Notes under the pieces: generated by a model
Databases searched by the model: none
What the model saw: only the letters and a program-made list of their open reading frames with translations
What the model was told of the DNA's origin: nothing
Program-made: the position numbers and the translations under genes
Assembly (NCBI GenBank): GCA_044376115.1
Contig: JBILLK010000004.1
Coordinates: forward strand, 64,001-128,000
Origin: Polyangiaceae bacterium
GTDB taxonomy: Bacteria > Myxococcota_A > Polyangia > Polyangiales > Polyangiaceae
Direction: 5' to 3'
Length of the DNA stretch: 64,000 bases
Shown here: positions 21,866 through 31,188 of the stretch, one piece after another
Numbering within the stretch: position 1 is the stretch's first letter
How the letters are laid out: each line of letters begins with the position of its first letter

Positions 21866-24489
21866 CGATTCAACTGCTGCTTCAGCTTCGCCAACAGATT
21901 CAGCGCCTCGAGCGGCGTCAGCCGATCCACGTCCGCGTTGCGCAATTTGTTGAGCACCGCGGACTCGGCGGCTTTGGGCGCCGGCGCTTCCACCTGTGCG
22001 AATAGTCCCAGCTGTTGCTTCGTCACGCGTCCCCTGCCCTTCGTCTGGGCCTCGCCCTGCTCGAGCTCCTCACACAAGGCCTCGGCTCGAGCCAGCACCG
22101 CGCTCGGTAAACCAGCAAGCCTCGCGACCGCGATGCCGTAGCTCTTGTTGGCCGGACCAGAAAGCAGCGTGTGCAGAAAGACGATGCCTCCTTCGTGCTC
22201 ACGGGCGCTGACCGAGACGTTGACGAGGTGACGCGCGCTCTTCGCCAGCTCGGTCAGCTCATGGTAGTGCGTCGCGAAAAGCGCCCGACAACCAACCACG
22301 TCGTGCAGATACTCGGCAACGGCCCAGGCGATCGCGAGGCCGTCGTAGGTGCTGGTACCGCGGCCGATCTCGTCCAGGATCACCAGGCTGCGCGCGGTAG
22401 CGCTCTTGAGGATCGACGCGGTCTCGCGCATTTCGACCATGAAGGTGCTCTCACCGCGCGCGAGGTTATCGGAGGCGCCTACGCGCGAGAGCAGCCGATC
22501 CACGACGCCGATTCGGGCGCGTTCGGCGGGCACATACGAACCGACCTGCGCCAATAGCGTGATCAAGGCGACCTGCCGCATCAACGTGGATTTGCCGGCC
22601 ATGTTGGGCCCGGTAACCAGCCACAAGCGGCCGGCGGCGAGATCGAGCACAGTGTCGTTGGGCACGAACGCGCCGCGAGCGACGTGCGCCTCGACGACGG
22701 GGTGACGGCCGCCGATGATCTCAATCACGCCCTCACGGTCCACCTGCGGCTTCACGAAGTCCCGCTCGTGAGCGACCTCCGCAAGGCTCGAGGCGAAGTC
22801 CCAATTGGCGACGCGGTTCGCCAATTCGCGCAGGGCCTCCTCCTCGACGCGCGTCGCCTCCAGCAGCGTCGTCAAGAGTTCGAGCTCACGCTCTCGCACC
22901 AGCGTTGCCGCCCGTTCGATATCGGCTGCAAGCTGATCGAGCGCCGGGGTGGTGTAGCGCTCACCGCCGGCCACCGTCTGCTTGCGCACGAAGGACGCCG
23001 GCACCTTCGCCAATTGGCTCTTGGTGACCTCGACGTACCAACCGAACACGCTGTTGAAGCGAATGCGCAAGGTTTGAGCGCCCGTCTCGGTGCGCAGCCG
23101 GCCCTCCCAGCGCGCGATCTCCTCGGTACCGCCACGCTCGAGCGCGCGTTCGCGATCCAGCACCTTGTCGACGCCATCACGGATGACGCCGCCGTCTTTT
23201 GCGGTCACCGGCGGCGCGTCCACCAAGAATTTGTCGAGCTGCTCGAACAAGCCCTGCAACCGGTCACTCTCCAGGCTCACGAGCTTGGTCTCGAGCGTGG
23301 CCGGAATGCTCTCGATCAAGGCGATGATCTGGGGAAGCATGCGCAGCGCATCGCGCAGCTGACCAAGATCCCGAGGGCCCGCCTCGGCGAGCGCCACACG
23401 CACTGCGATGCGCTCGAGATCCGGCATCTTCGCCAAAAGGGCGCGCAGCTGCTCGCGCACGCGCGCGTGTACCACGAAGGACTCGACCTCCTCTTGTCGC
23501 GCGCGGATCTGCGCGACCTCGCTGAGCGGGGAGAGCAAGCGCCTGCGTAGCAAACGAGCGCCGCCTGAAGTGAGCGTGCGATCGATCACCGAGAGAAGCG
23601 TTGGTTCCTTCCGCCCGTCGAAGGTCCGCACCAGCTCCAGGTGGGCTTGCGCCGTCTCATCGATGTAGAGCCCAGCTCCCGAGGCGAGCGGCCGCAGGCG
23701 TCGCACCGGAACGCCCGCGCGCGGCGAGCAAGCTCGAGCGTACGCGAGCGTGCGCGCGGCTGCGGCTCGGGCCAACTCCGAGAAGTCGTTGCGCGCTTCA
23801 GCGAGGCCCTCCGTCCCGAGCACCGCCTCCAGCGTCGCCTCCACCGCGGCGGGAACATCCGCCTCATTGCGCAGCGCTGCCGGGTAGACCGCTTGCACCA
23901 AGGGCCCGAGCTCCTGACACAACGGCCCCAGGAGGATCTCGCGCGGGCGGTGGCGCACCAACTCGGCCAGCACATGAGAGCCTGTCTCGAGCTCGGCCGC
24001 GAACAGCTCGCCGGTCGAAAAATCGAGGAACGCTACCCCGAAGGGCGCCCCTTCCGGCCGGCACTCCACGGCGGCCAGGAACAGATTTTCGCGGGCCTCC
24101 AAGTGCTCTTCACTGGTGACGAGGCCCGGGGTGAGCACCCGCACGACAGCGCGCGGCACGATACCTTTGACCTTGGACGGATCCGCGAGCTGCTCACACA
24201 AAGCGACCTTGTGTCCGAAGGCCAGCAGCTTGGCGATGTAGGCGTGCGCTGAGTGGTGTGGAACGCCGCACATCGGCTCGCTCTCACGATCCTCCTTTTG
24301 GCGGCTAGTCAGCGTCAGCCCGAGCAGCTGCGAGACGAGGATCGCGTCATCGAAGAACATCTCGTAGAAGTCACCGAGACGGAAAAAGAGGATCGCGTCG
24401 GGGTGCTCAGCTTTCGCGTCGGCGAACTGCTGCATCACCGGCGTGCGCTTCGTCTTCTTGGTCTCCGCGTTGCGCGGCTCTTTCGCCAT
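21862..24489 (-). CDS. mutS: DNA mismatch repair protein MutS
   Basis: TPVMQQ, GDFYEMF, GPNMAGKST, STFMVE, DEIGRGTS, ATHY; C-terminal QLGLF clamp-binding motif. Confidence 0.98.
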   Translation of the reverse strand: MAKEPRNAETKKTKRTPVMQQFADAKAEHPDAILFFRLGDFYEMFFDDAILVSQLLGLTLTSRQKEDRESEPMCGVPHHSAHAYIAKLLAFGHKVALCEQLADPSKVKGIVPRAVVRVLTPGLVTSEEHLEARENLFLAAVECRPEGAPFGVAFLDFSTGELFAAELETGSHVLAELVRHRPREILLGPLCQELGPLVQAVYPAALRNEADVPAAVEATLEAVLGTEGLAEARNDFSELARAAAARTLAYARACSPRAGVPVRRLRPLASGAGLYIDETAQAHLELVRTFDGRKEPTLLSVIDRTLTSGGARLLRRRLLSPLSEVAQIRARQEEVESFVVHARVREQLRALLAKMPDLERIAVRVALAEAGPRDLGQLRDALRMLPQIIALIESIPATLETKLVSLESDRLQGLFEQLDKFLVDAPPVTAKDGGVIRDGVDKVLDRERALERGGTEEIARWEGRLRTETGAQTLRIRFNSVFGWYVEVTKSQLAKVPASFVRKQTVAGGERYTTPALDQLAADIERAATLVRERELELLTTLLEATRVEEEALRELANRVANWDFASSLAEVAHERDFVKPQVDREGVIEIIGGRHPVVEAHVARGAFVPNDTVLDLAAGRLWLVTGPNMAGKSTLMRQVALITLLAQVGSYVPAERARIGVVDRLLSRVGASDNLARGESTFMVEMRETASILKSATARSLVILDEIGRGTSTYDGLAIAWAVAEYLHDVVGCRALFATHYHELTELAKSARHLVNVSVSAREHEGGIVFLHTLLSGPANKSYGIAVARLAGLPSAVLARAEALCEELEQGEAQTKGRGRVTKQQLGLFAQVEAPAPKAAESAVLNKLRNADVDRLTPLEALNLLAKLKQQLNR

Positions 24490-24497
24490 GGGGCTGC

Positions 24498-27320
24498 TCA
24501 GAAGAACTGACGAAGGTCCCCGAGCAAATCCCCCGGAAACAGAATCAGCCCCTCGAGACCGCCGTCGGTTACCACCATTTGGTCCAGCGGTTCCACATAG
24601 CCCATCGAAAGCACCTGCACCGAGCGCCGGTTGGAGTCGGTAAGGTTCGCTCGCATGGCCTCGAACGAGGCCTGCGTGATGAACGAGAACGCCATGTCGC
24701 GAGCGGGCTCTTCGGTCTCCTCTTTGGTCGGATCACCGAGCTCGATCGCCAGGGAGAAGAGGGCGTTCTTGAACGCAAATTCGCCGCCGAGCTGCGGCAA
24801 AGCTCCGAACGGCGCAGCGCGAACGCGACCGAGCTTGAGCGAGTCCTTCGGGTCACAGGAAGGACGACACTCGCCGCCCACCGAATCGGCGATCACGTTG
24901 TGTACGAAGCCAGAGGCGCCACCGATCACGATCCACTCGTCGCCAGGCCGGATTTCGTAGTCGACGAGGGTCGGAAAGCAGCAGGAGAGCGCGTCGGCAT
25001 CGGTGTTCGCTGCGAGCTCAACCTTTAGCTCGTTCTCGAACGCCTCTGTAACCTTGAGCTCGCGCTGCTCGGTCGGTGAATTCGGCTCGCCGAAGGCGGA
25101 GCGGCACTCTTGGAAGGTGCACGCTGCGGTCTGCCAGTAAACGTCCTCCACCTCGAACAGTGGCTCGGTGATGTGAACCCTGTCCGCATAGCGAGCTGCG
25201 GCCTCCTGTTGCTCTTGCTCGCTGAGCCCGGAGCTCGCCAAACTGTCCCGAACGGCTGCTTCCGATTGCACGCCACGGCGGCAGAAACCGACCGACTCAT
25301 CGAGGAAGAGCCCAAGCCCGGCGTTGAGCTGGCCCACGTGCGCATCGAAACCAGGCAGCTTGCCTTGGTAGGTGATCGCCCATTCTTGATCACCCTGGTG
25401 CACGCGCGGATCTTGCAGGTTCATCCGCAACCCAGGCTTCAGCCCGTCATCATCGATGATCAAGCCTGTTTCGGCGTCGATCGTGAGCACGTCACCACCG
25501 ACCGAAAGCGATGGCTCGGTCTCCGAAGGATCAACCACGGCGCGCAGCGTGGGCCCGGTGGTGATCACGGTACCGTCCTCGCTCGCAAGCGAGGGGAAGG
25601 TCTGGATACCGGGTTGATGACGACCGACGTCGTCGTTGGTCAGCAGGTAGCTCGCCGCACGCGGCTGATGAGCGAGGACCACGTTGCACGAAGGCTCGTT
25701 CGTCGTCTTCAGGTCGCTCACCGTCTCGCTGCAGCCGAGCGCCGGCGAAGCGTTGACCGGCCCGCGGCAGGGAGCGTCGAAGTCCTCGACGTCGATCACC
25801 GCTACTTGGCCGGTGGCCAGCGAGATCATCCCATACACGCCTCGCAACGTGAACGGACCTGCGCCCTCCTCGTAGTCGCTCGTGGCGCGATACAGCGTCC
25901 CGAGATCACACTCTTCCTCGCCGCTCGAGCACACGTCCGCTCCCGGGTCTGGGTCGCAGCTCGTCCCAACGGCGGCCGTCTGCGAACCATTCGACTTTGG
26001 TTCGTCGCGCATCACCAGCGTTACGTCGGTGGGCGCCGCAGCAAACCTCACGCGGTCCGACGGTTGAAACGGGTTCACCTCGGGGTTCTGCCGACGGAGC
26101 GGCAGCTTGGGGGAGCTCGGGCTGGTAACGTCGAAGGCCATCACGCTACGGTCCTCGGCGTCGATTGCGTACAGGTAGCGTTTCTCGGCTGGCGTGAGCG
26201 GACTCACGCTGAGCCGCGAGGTGATCACGGTGCGGGTCGGATCCTCGATCGACGTAGCGACCAAGGGGTTGTCCTCCAGCCGCGGCGCGCACACGTCGTT
26301 GACGTCGACGATGTGGATCAGCGGGAGCGAAAGGTCCGAGACGAACAGGCGACCTCCCGTGTTACCGGCTGTGGCAGACTTGTTGATCGCCACGGCGATT
26401 TGCGACGGGGTGGCTGCTCCCGCGAGCGTCACCGGCGATACAGTCTCCGGCAAGCCACAAGCCGGCGTGTCGGCGAAGACCTCGGGCTCGGTCGGTGGAA
26501 CCTGCGTCCCCATGGTGACGGAGGCCAACTCGACGCAGTCAGCGACCTCGCCGGGTGCCGAACTCAGCAGGTTCTGTGCATCGATCACCGCAATGCGACC
26601 CTCGCGCGGCAGCGTCACGTAAAGCAGTTGCCGGCCCAACCCCTCGCGGTCGAGGCTGCCGTAGGCTGCGCCCTCACCGTCGACCGGTTGGTAGTCCCCA
26701 GCGCACGCAACCCGCACGTTGCCACCGGCATCCGGAGGATCAGCGAGCATCACCAGATCCGAGGGTGCGGAACTCAAAGCGCAGGTCGGCCACGAAGAAA
26801 GAGTTGGCGGTGCTTTATCGCACTGCGCTGAGTCGACTTCGCACGGCCGCAAACGCTCGCCGGGCAACGCCGTTAGCACTGGCCTTGCCGGATCGGCCGA
26901 AGCAACGAACACGGCCGTGCCCTTCGGACTTGCAACCACGGCCACCGGAGCCGCCCCCACTGGTAGCGGCGTCTCTCCTGGCACGGACGGATCAAAATCG
27001 AGGACGTTGTTCTCATCCGACGACAAATCCACGACCGCGATCTCGCCCCGCGTTTCAAGCGTGACGACGGCGTACACATGCGACGCCGAATCATCCCCGC
27101 CGAAGTCGGTTGGTGCGTCGTAGATGGTGTCATTGCAGTCGCCGAGCGCGCGAATCGCCGCGTTCGAACCAGGCTTGCCCGCGCACAAAACGGTGAACTG
27201 ACCAACCCGTTCGAGCGACCCGACCGAGGGTGTCGAATCATCTCCCGAGCAGGCGAAGAAGAAGGCCGGTGCGCTGGCGAGGGCGCCGAGCGGCAGTGCA
27301 AAGCGAAGGAGGTGTCTCAT
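24498..27320 (-). CDS. Large Cys-containing lipoprotein, possible beta-propeller
   Basis: GAGGAG then ATG 27320; FFAC lipobox; repeated IAVVD/IAVID/VAVID strands; paired Cys. Confidence 0.75.
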   Translation of the reverse strand: MRHLLRFALPLGALASAPAFFFACSGDDSTPSVGSLERVGQFTVLCAGKPGSNAAIRALGDCNDTIYDAPTDFGGDDSASHVYAVVTLETRGEIAVVDLSSDENNVLDFDPSVPGETPLPVGAAPVAVVASPKGTAVFVASADPARPVLTALPGERLRPCEVDSAQCDKAPPTLSSWPTCALSSAPSDLVMLADPPDAGGNVRVACAGDYQPVDGEGAAYGSLDREGLGRQLLYVTLPREGRIAVIDAQNLLSSAPGEVADCVELASVTMGTQVPPTEPEVFADTPACGLPETVSPVTLAGAATPSQIAVAINKSATAGNTGGRLFVSDLSLPLIHIVDVNDVCAPRLEDNPLVATSIEDPTRTVITSRLSVSPLTPAEKRYLYAIDAEDRSVMAFDVTSPSSPKLPLRRQNPEVNPFQPSDRVRFAAAPTDVTLVMRDEPKSNGSQTAAVGTSCDPDPGADVCSSGEEECDLGTLYRATSDYEEGAGPFTLRGVYGMISLATGQVAVIDVEDFDAPCRGPVNASPALGCSETVSDLKTTNEPSCNVVLAHQPRAASYLLTNDDVGRHQPGIQTFPSLASEDGTVITTGPTLRAVVDPSETEPSLSVGGDVLTIDAETGLIIDDDGLKPGLRMNLQDPRVHQGDQEWAITYQGKLPGFDAHVGQLNAGLGLFLDESVGFCRRGVQSEAAVRDSLASSGLSEQEQQEAAARYADRVHITEPLFEVEDVYWQTAACTFQECRSAFGEPNSPTEQRELKVTEAFENELKVELAANTDADALSCCFPTLVDYEIRPGDEWIVIGGASGFVHNVIADSVGGECRPSCDPKDSLKLGRVRAAPFGALPQLGGEFAFKNALFSLAIELGDPTKEETEEPARDMAFSFITQASFEAMRANLTDSNRRSVQVLSMGYVEPLDQMVVTDGGLEGLILFPGDLLGDLRQFF

Positions 27321-27321
27321 G

Positions 27322-29010
27322 TTACTGCTCCTCACGCGGAGGAACCGGTGGTCCGATGTTGAGGAGCGCGGTGCCGTAGGTCAGTCGGCGCGAATCGAGA
27401 TCGATCACGCTGAGGTACGAGTCGGTGAAGTCGGCCACGTAGAGATGGCTGGTTTTTGAGACGGGATCGGTGTCGAACACGAGGCCGGTGGGCCCGCGGC
27501 CGGTGCGAAAGCTCGACTCGATTCGGCGCAGCAGCGGGTCGTAAACCGAGACGAAGCGAGAGTCGAAGCTGGCGACGAACACGCGCGTCTCGAGCTCCCC
27601 ATCCAAGCCGATGATCGAGCCGACCCCGATGGTCGCGGCTCCGAGCGGAAGCGGGATCGACTCGGCCAGAATGAAGTTTTCACTGATACCAACCACACGC
27701 TCGTCCTCGAGCACCGGCTTGCTCTCCATCCGGCCCACCAGGAGGCTCGCCGGGGTGCGATTGACGACGTAGAAGCCGACCGGCTCCTCCAAACAATCGA
27801 GCAAGCAGTTGGTGAACAGCTGGTTGGCCTCACACGAGCCGTGGGGGCAAAGCGACGCTTCACATTCGCTTTCACAAGCGTCCCGCGCCGTCGAATCGAA
27901 GGCGAGCCCGCGCGAATCGGAGCCGTTGTTGGAGAGGGTGATCGAGATCGAGTCCGACTGCACGATGAACGGGCGCGGCGGGGTTGAGTTTTGGTCCGGC
28001 TCGAAGCGCACCACGCTCAAGGTGGGGGCGGCGCGGTGACTGACCACGAAGCCCGGCGAGTAATCGAGCTTTTGGCTCGCCACGATGCGCGGCGGCGGGA
28101 TTGAAAGCACGTTGGTCGGCGCCTCGGGTAGCTCGGTGAGGATGAACTCGAGCGAGGGCGTGTCCTCGAACGGCACGTCGGCCTCGCCCTCGGAGCCCCA
28201 GTGATTGACCACCAGACTCGCGCTGGCCGAGGTTTGATGGGCAACCACGACGGCATCCCCCAACACGCTGGGCGCCACCGCGATCCCCACCGGCTCAGTA
28301 GGTAGGAGCAGCCCGCGTTGGCTGGTGAACACGTTTTCCCCGACCTTGTGGCTCGCGGAACAACGCCGCTCTTCACCGTCACCACCGCACTCGAGACAGA
28401 AGTTCGACTCACAGGGCGAAACGATGTTGGCCGGATCGCGATCGTCGGCCACGTCAAAGTACGTGACCGAAGGATCTCCGCGCACCGAGGTGAACAAGCG
28501 CAACCCCGGCTCGCCCAGGCGCGGGATCAGGCTCATTCCGCTACCGAAGGCGCCGATGGTCGCGTGGGCTCGCACGAACGGAGCCACCTCGAGGGCCGAA
28601 CAAGGCCCCGGGTAGAGCGTGTCGTTGACGTTGGGAACGAGACCGACCGTCGCGCAGACCTGCGCCGGTGCGTCGCCAGCTGCGATCGCCTTGGCGACCG
28701 TTTCGGCGTACACGCGCAGCCCGGACTCCGGCACCACCGCAGCGGACGCACTGTCGACGCCGCCCAGGTTGAGCACCTGAATGGTCCCGCCGTTGTACTG
28801 CAGATCGAAGTCAGAGTTGACGACGTACAGGCTGGTCCTGCCGGGCGAGATCGCCAAGGCCGTCGGGAAGTACAGCGCGTCGGTCGGGGGCACCAACCCC
28901 TCGCTGCCGGTAAAGCACGACGCTGCAACCAGCGCGGCCCCGGACAAGGCTAGCCCGGCGGCTCCACGTTGGCCCTGCGACTTCGCCTGAACTCTTGATC
29001 GGAGGATCAC
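27322..29010 (-). CDS. YncE/YVTN-like beta-propeller lipoprotein (start uncertain)
   Basis: Lipobox AASC; LYVVNSDFD, TGRGP, LYVADFTDSYLSVIDL blades. Confidence 0.7.
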   Translation of the reverse strand: MILRSRVQAKSQGQRGAAGLALSGAALVAASCFTGSEGLVPPTDALYFPTALAISPGRTSLYVVNSDFDLQYNGGTIQVLNLGGVDSASAAVVPESGLRVYAETVAKAIAAGDAPAQVCATVGLVPNVNDTLYPGPCSALEVAPFVRAHATIGAFGSGMSLIPRLGEPGLRLFTSVRGDPSVTYFDVADDRDPANIVSPCESNFCLECGGDGEERRCSASHKVGENVFTSQRGLLLPTEPVGIAVAPSVLGDAVVVAHQTSASASLVVNHWGSEGEADVPFEDTPSLEFILTELPEAPTNVLSIPPPRIVASQKLDYSPGFVVSHRAAPTLSVVRFEPDQNSTPPRPFIVQSDSISITLSNNGSDSRGLAFDSTARDACESECEASLCPHGSCEANQLFTNCLLDCLEEPVGFYVVNRTPASLLVGRMESKPVLEDERVVGISENFILAESIPLPLGAATIGVGSIIGLDGELETRVFVASFDSRFVSVYDPLLRRIESSFRTGRGPTGLVFDTDPVSKTSHLYVADFTDSYLSVIDLDSRRLTYGTALLNIGPPVPPREEQ

Positions 29011-29177
29011 CTGGACGTGTGTAGTCGGGGCTGGGCGGCCTTGCAATCCAGTGTTCGCATTGAGCCGGCCGGAGATCGGCCGAGTTTGCGGACGACACTG
29101 GGCTAGCGAGGTTTCTACGCCTCGGAGGTTGAGGCCGAGCCTGCGCTGCAGTAGGCCGCAAGCCGAGTCGTGCGCCT

Positions 29178-30386
29178 GTGATTCGAGCCAGATGGAACCA
29201 CTGCGGCGTACTGCTGCTCGCCCACGCTTGTGACGCAGAGCCATCGCCCTCGAATCAGGCTGAAGGCCCTTCGGCGGTGGAGACGACGCGAGCCGCCCCC
29301 AGCTTCGTGCCGCCGCTACCGAGCCAGGTGCGCGTTGCGCCCTCGGCCTCGGCCAAGACGCGCGTGGAGCCTGCGTGTGGCCCCAGCTTGCGCCACGAGG
29401 GCCCGTTGGATCCGCGCCATGAAGCAGCCTTGCAGCACTGTGTGCGGTTACCGCGGATTCGCAAGAACAGCCCGGCCTGCGGCAGCGATGCGGGCAAACG
29501 CTTCAATGCACAACGTTTCATCGACGCGGTGCCCGAGTTCTCAGAAACGACGGTCGCGCTGCTGCGAGAGACCTTCAAACGGGGGCAAAGCAAAGGCAGA
29601 CGGGCGCGCGTGTTCGGCGTCCTCGGCGATAGCATCAGCGTCTCGTTCGACTTTCTGCGTGGCTTCGAGAGCGGCCCGCAGACGACCGAGAACCCACGCG
29701 GTTACCGCCTGGGCGACGAGGTCGCCAAGGAGCTCCGGGTGGGTGACGGCACGGTCATCGACTACTTTGCTGGCGAGGCCGCAGAGCACGAAAATGGCGC
29801 TCGGCGCTCGTCCTTCAGCGCCGTTCGAGCCGCCAAGGTTGGCGCGCGCGCCTCCTACGCGTTCGATGCAGACGAGCAACCACTCGAACGACTACTTTCA
29901 CGCCTCAATCCGGCCTTCGTCTTGGTTACCTTCGGCGCGAACGATGCGGCCTTTCGCAGAGCCCCACCCGAGGCTTTGGCCGACGAGTTCGGCGGCCATC
30001 TCGAGGCGATCATCGATCGGCTGCTCGCCGAGGGCGTGGTGCCGTTGATCTCCAACGAGATGCGGCACGGTGATCAACCCGGGGTCAAAGCCTGCCCCAG
30101 CGACGGCGAGCCCAACGACTGGCGGATCGCCGTCGCCACCAACGCCACTACCGCTCGCGCCGCTGAGATCGCCTGTCGCAGAAACCTGCCCTTCATCGAT
30201 CTTCGCCACGCGCTCGACGGCGCCACCGGCTACGGCCTGGGCCCGGACTCGGTGCACCTTTCGACCTTCAAACAAGGCGCGGACGTGCTCGATGCGAGCG
30301 GGCTCGATTGCGGCAACAACATCCGCAACTACGTGACGCTGCTAGGCCTCGCACGAGTCTTGCGCGCGTTGGAATTGCGACCCTGA
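29178..30386 (+). CDS. SGNH/GDSL hydrolase family protein, probable lipoprotein
   Basis: GDSIS block I, GAND block III, DSVH block V. Confidence 0.8.
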   Translation: MIRARWNHCGVLLLAHACDAEPSPSNQAEGPSAVETTRAAPSFVPPLPSQVRVAPSASAKTRVEPACGPSLRHEGPLDPRHEAALQHCVRLPRIRKNSPACGSDAGKRFNAQRFIDAVPEFSETTVALLRETFKRGQSKGRRARVFGVLGDSISVSFDFLRGFESGPQTTENPRGYRLGDEVAKELRVGDGTVIDYFAGEAAEHENGARRSSFSAVRAAKVGARASYAFDADEQPLERLLSRLNPAFVLVTFGANDAAFRRAPPEALADEFGGHLEAIIDRLLAEGVVPLISNEMRHGDQPGVKACPSDGEPNDWRIAVATNATTARAAEIACRRNLPFIDLRHALDGATGYGLGPDSVHLSTFKQGADVLDASGLDCGNNIRNYVTLLGLARVLRALELRP

Positions 30387-30387
30387 G

Positions 30388-31113
30388 CTAGGGAGGCATC
30401 AACAAATCGCAGTAGTAGATGACGGCGCCGTCTTCACCCGCATGCGGAAAACAGGCGTAGCCGATCGGACAGCCGTCTTCATCGCTACAAGAAAGGAACC
30501 CGCATCGCTCGCCCGCGACGCACAGGCCCACCGCGTCTGGCGAATTCTCGACCTTGAGGCAGCAGCCTGGGCAGGCGGTGTCGTTGTCGGGGTCACACTC
30601 GTTCGCGCAAAGGCTATCCGCCGGAAACTCAATGCAGAACCCGCAACACGAGCTCGGAAACTCGGCCAGATCGCAATTCTCGCCCGTAGGTACGCAGCTG
30701 TCGTCGCGCGGGACACAGCGATCCTCGATGCCACAGGTGACCTTGCCGATGTCATTGGGATCGTAGCCACAACAAGAAGCATTGAAGCCCGGTGAACAGC
30801 GCTCGCCCAGCTCTCGACATACCGGCGCCGCGGCCGCACAGACGTCGGTGTTTTTGCACTGTTCACAGTGCGCGCTGCTGAACAGGTCCAGCCAGGAGCG
30901 CGTCGTTGCGGCGTCGCTGCCCTCGAGGGCGCCACCTACGTAGTCGGTGCAGTCCAGCGCTTCACCGTCTTCGTTCACGAACAGAGCCGCTTCGCATTTG
31001 CAGAACGCGGCCGCTACGTCTTGCGGCTCTCCTTGCAACGAGAGGATCTCCACGCAGGCGGCAAACAACGTCGTCACTGAAAGGGCCGCCAGCGGGCGGG
31101 CAAGAGCGCGCAT
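30388..31113 (-). CDS. Cys-rich lipoprotein with knottin-like modules
   Basis: Lipobox FAAC; 29 Cys; C-x6-C-x7/8-CC patterns; ATG 31113 preceded by TACACT. Confidence 0.75.
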   Translation of the reverse strand: MRALARPLAALSVTTLFAACVEILSLQGEPQDVAAAFCKCEAALFVNEDGEALDCTDYVGGALEGSDAATTRSWLDLFSSAHCEQCKNTDVCAAAAPVCRELGERCSPGFNASCCGYDPNDIGKVTCGIEDRCVPRDDSCVPTGENCDLAEFPSSCCGFCIEFPADSLCANECDPDNDTACPGCCLKVENSPDAVGLCVAGERCGFLSCSDEDGCPIGYACFPHAGEDGAVIYYCDLLMPP

Positions 31114-31188
31114 CGAGCGCGCAGTGTAGACCGGACGGCCACTCACTGCGCAGCGATCTTGAATCGAAGCCTGTTTCACGCGTCGTCG

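Noticed and set aside
25110..26831. 573-aa plus-strand ORF
   Set aside because: Antisense shadow of the 24498..27320 lipoprotein
30858..30878. Heme motif in the Cys-rich lipoprotein (HCEQCK)
   Set aside because: CxxC is followed by Lys, not His
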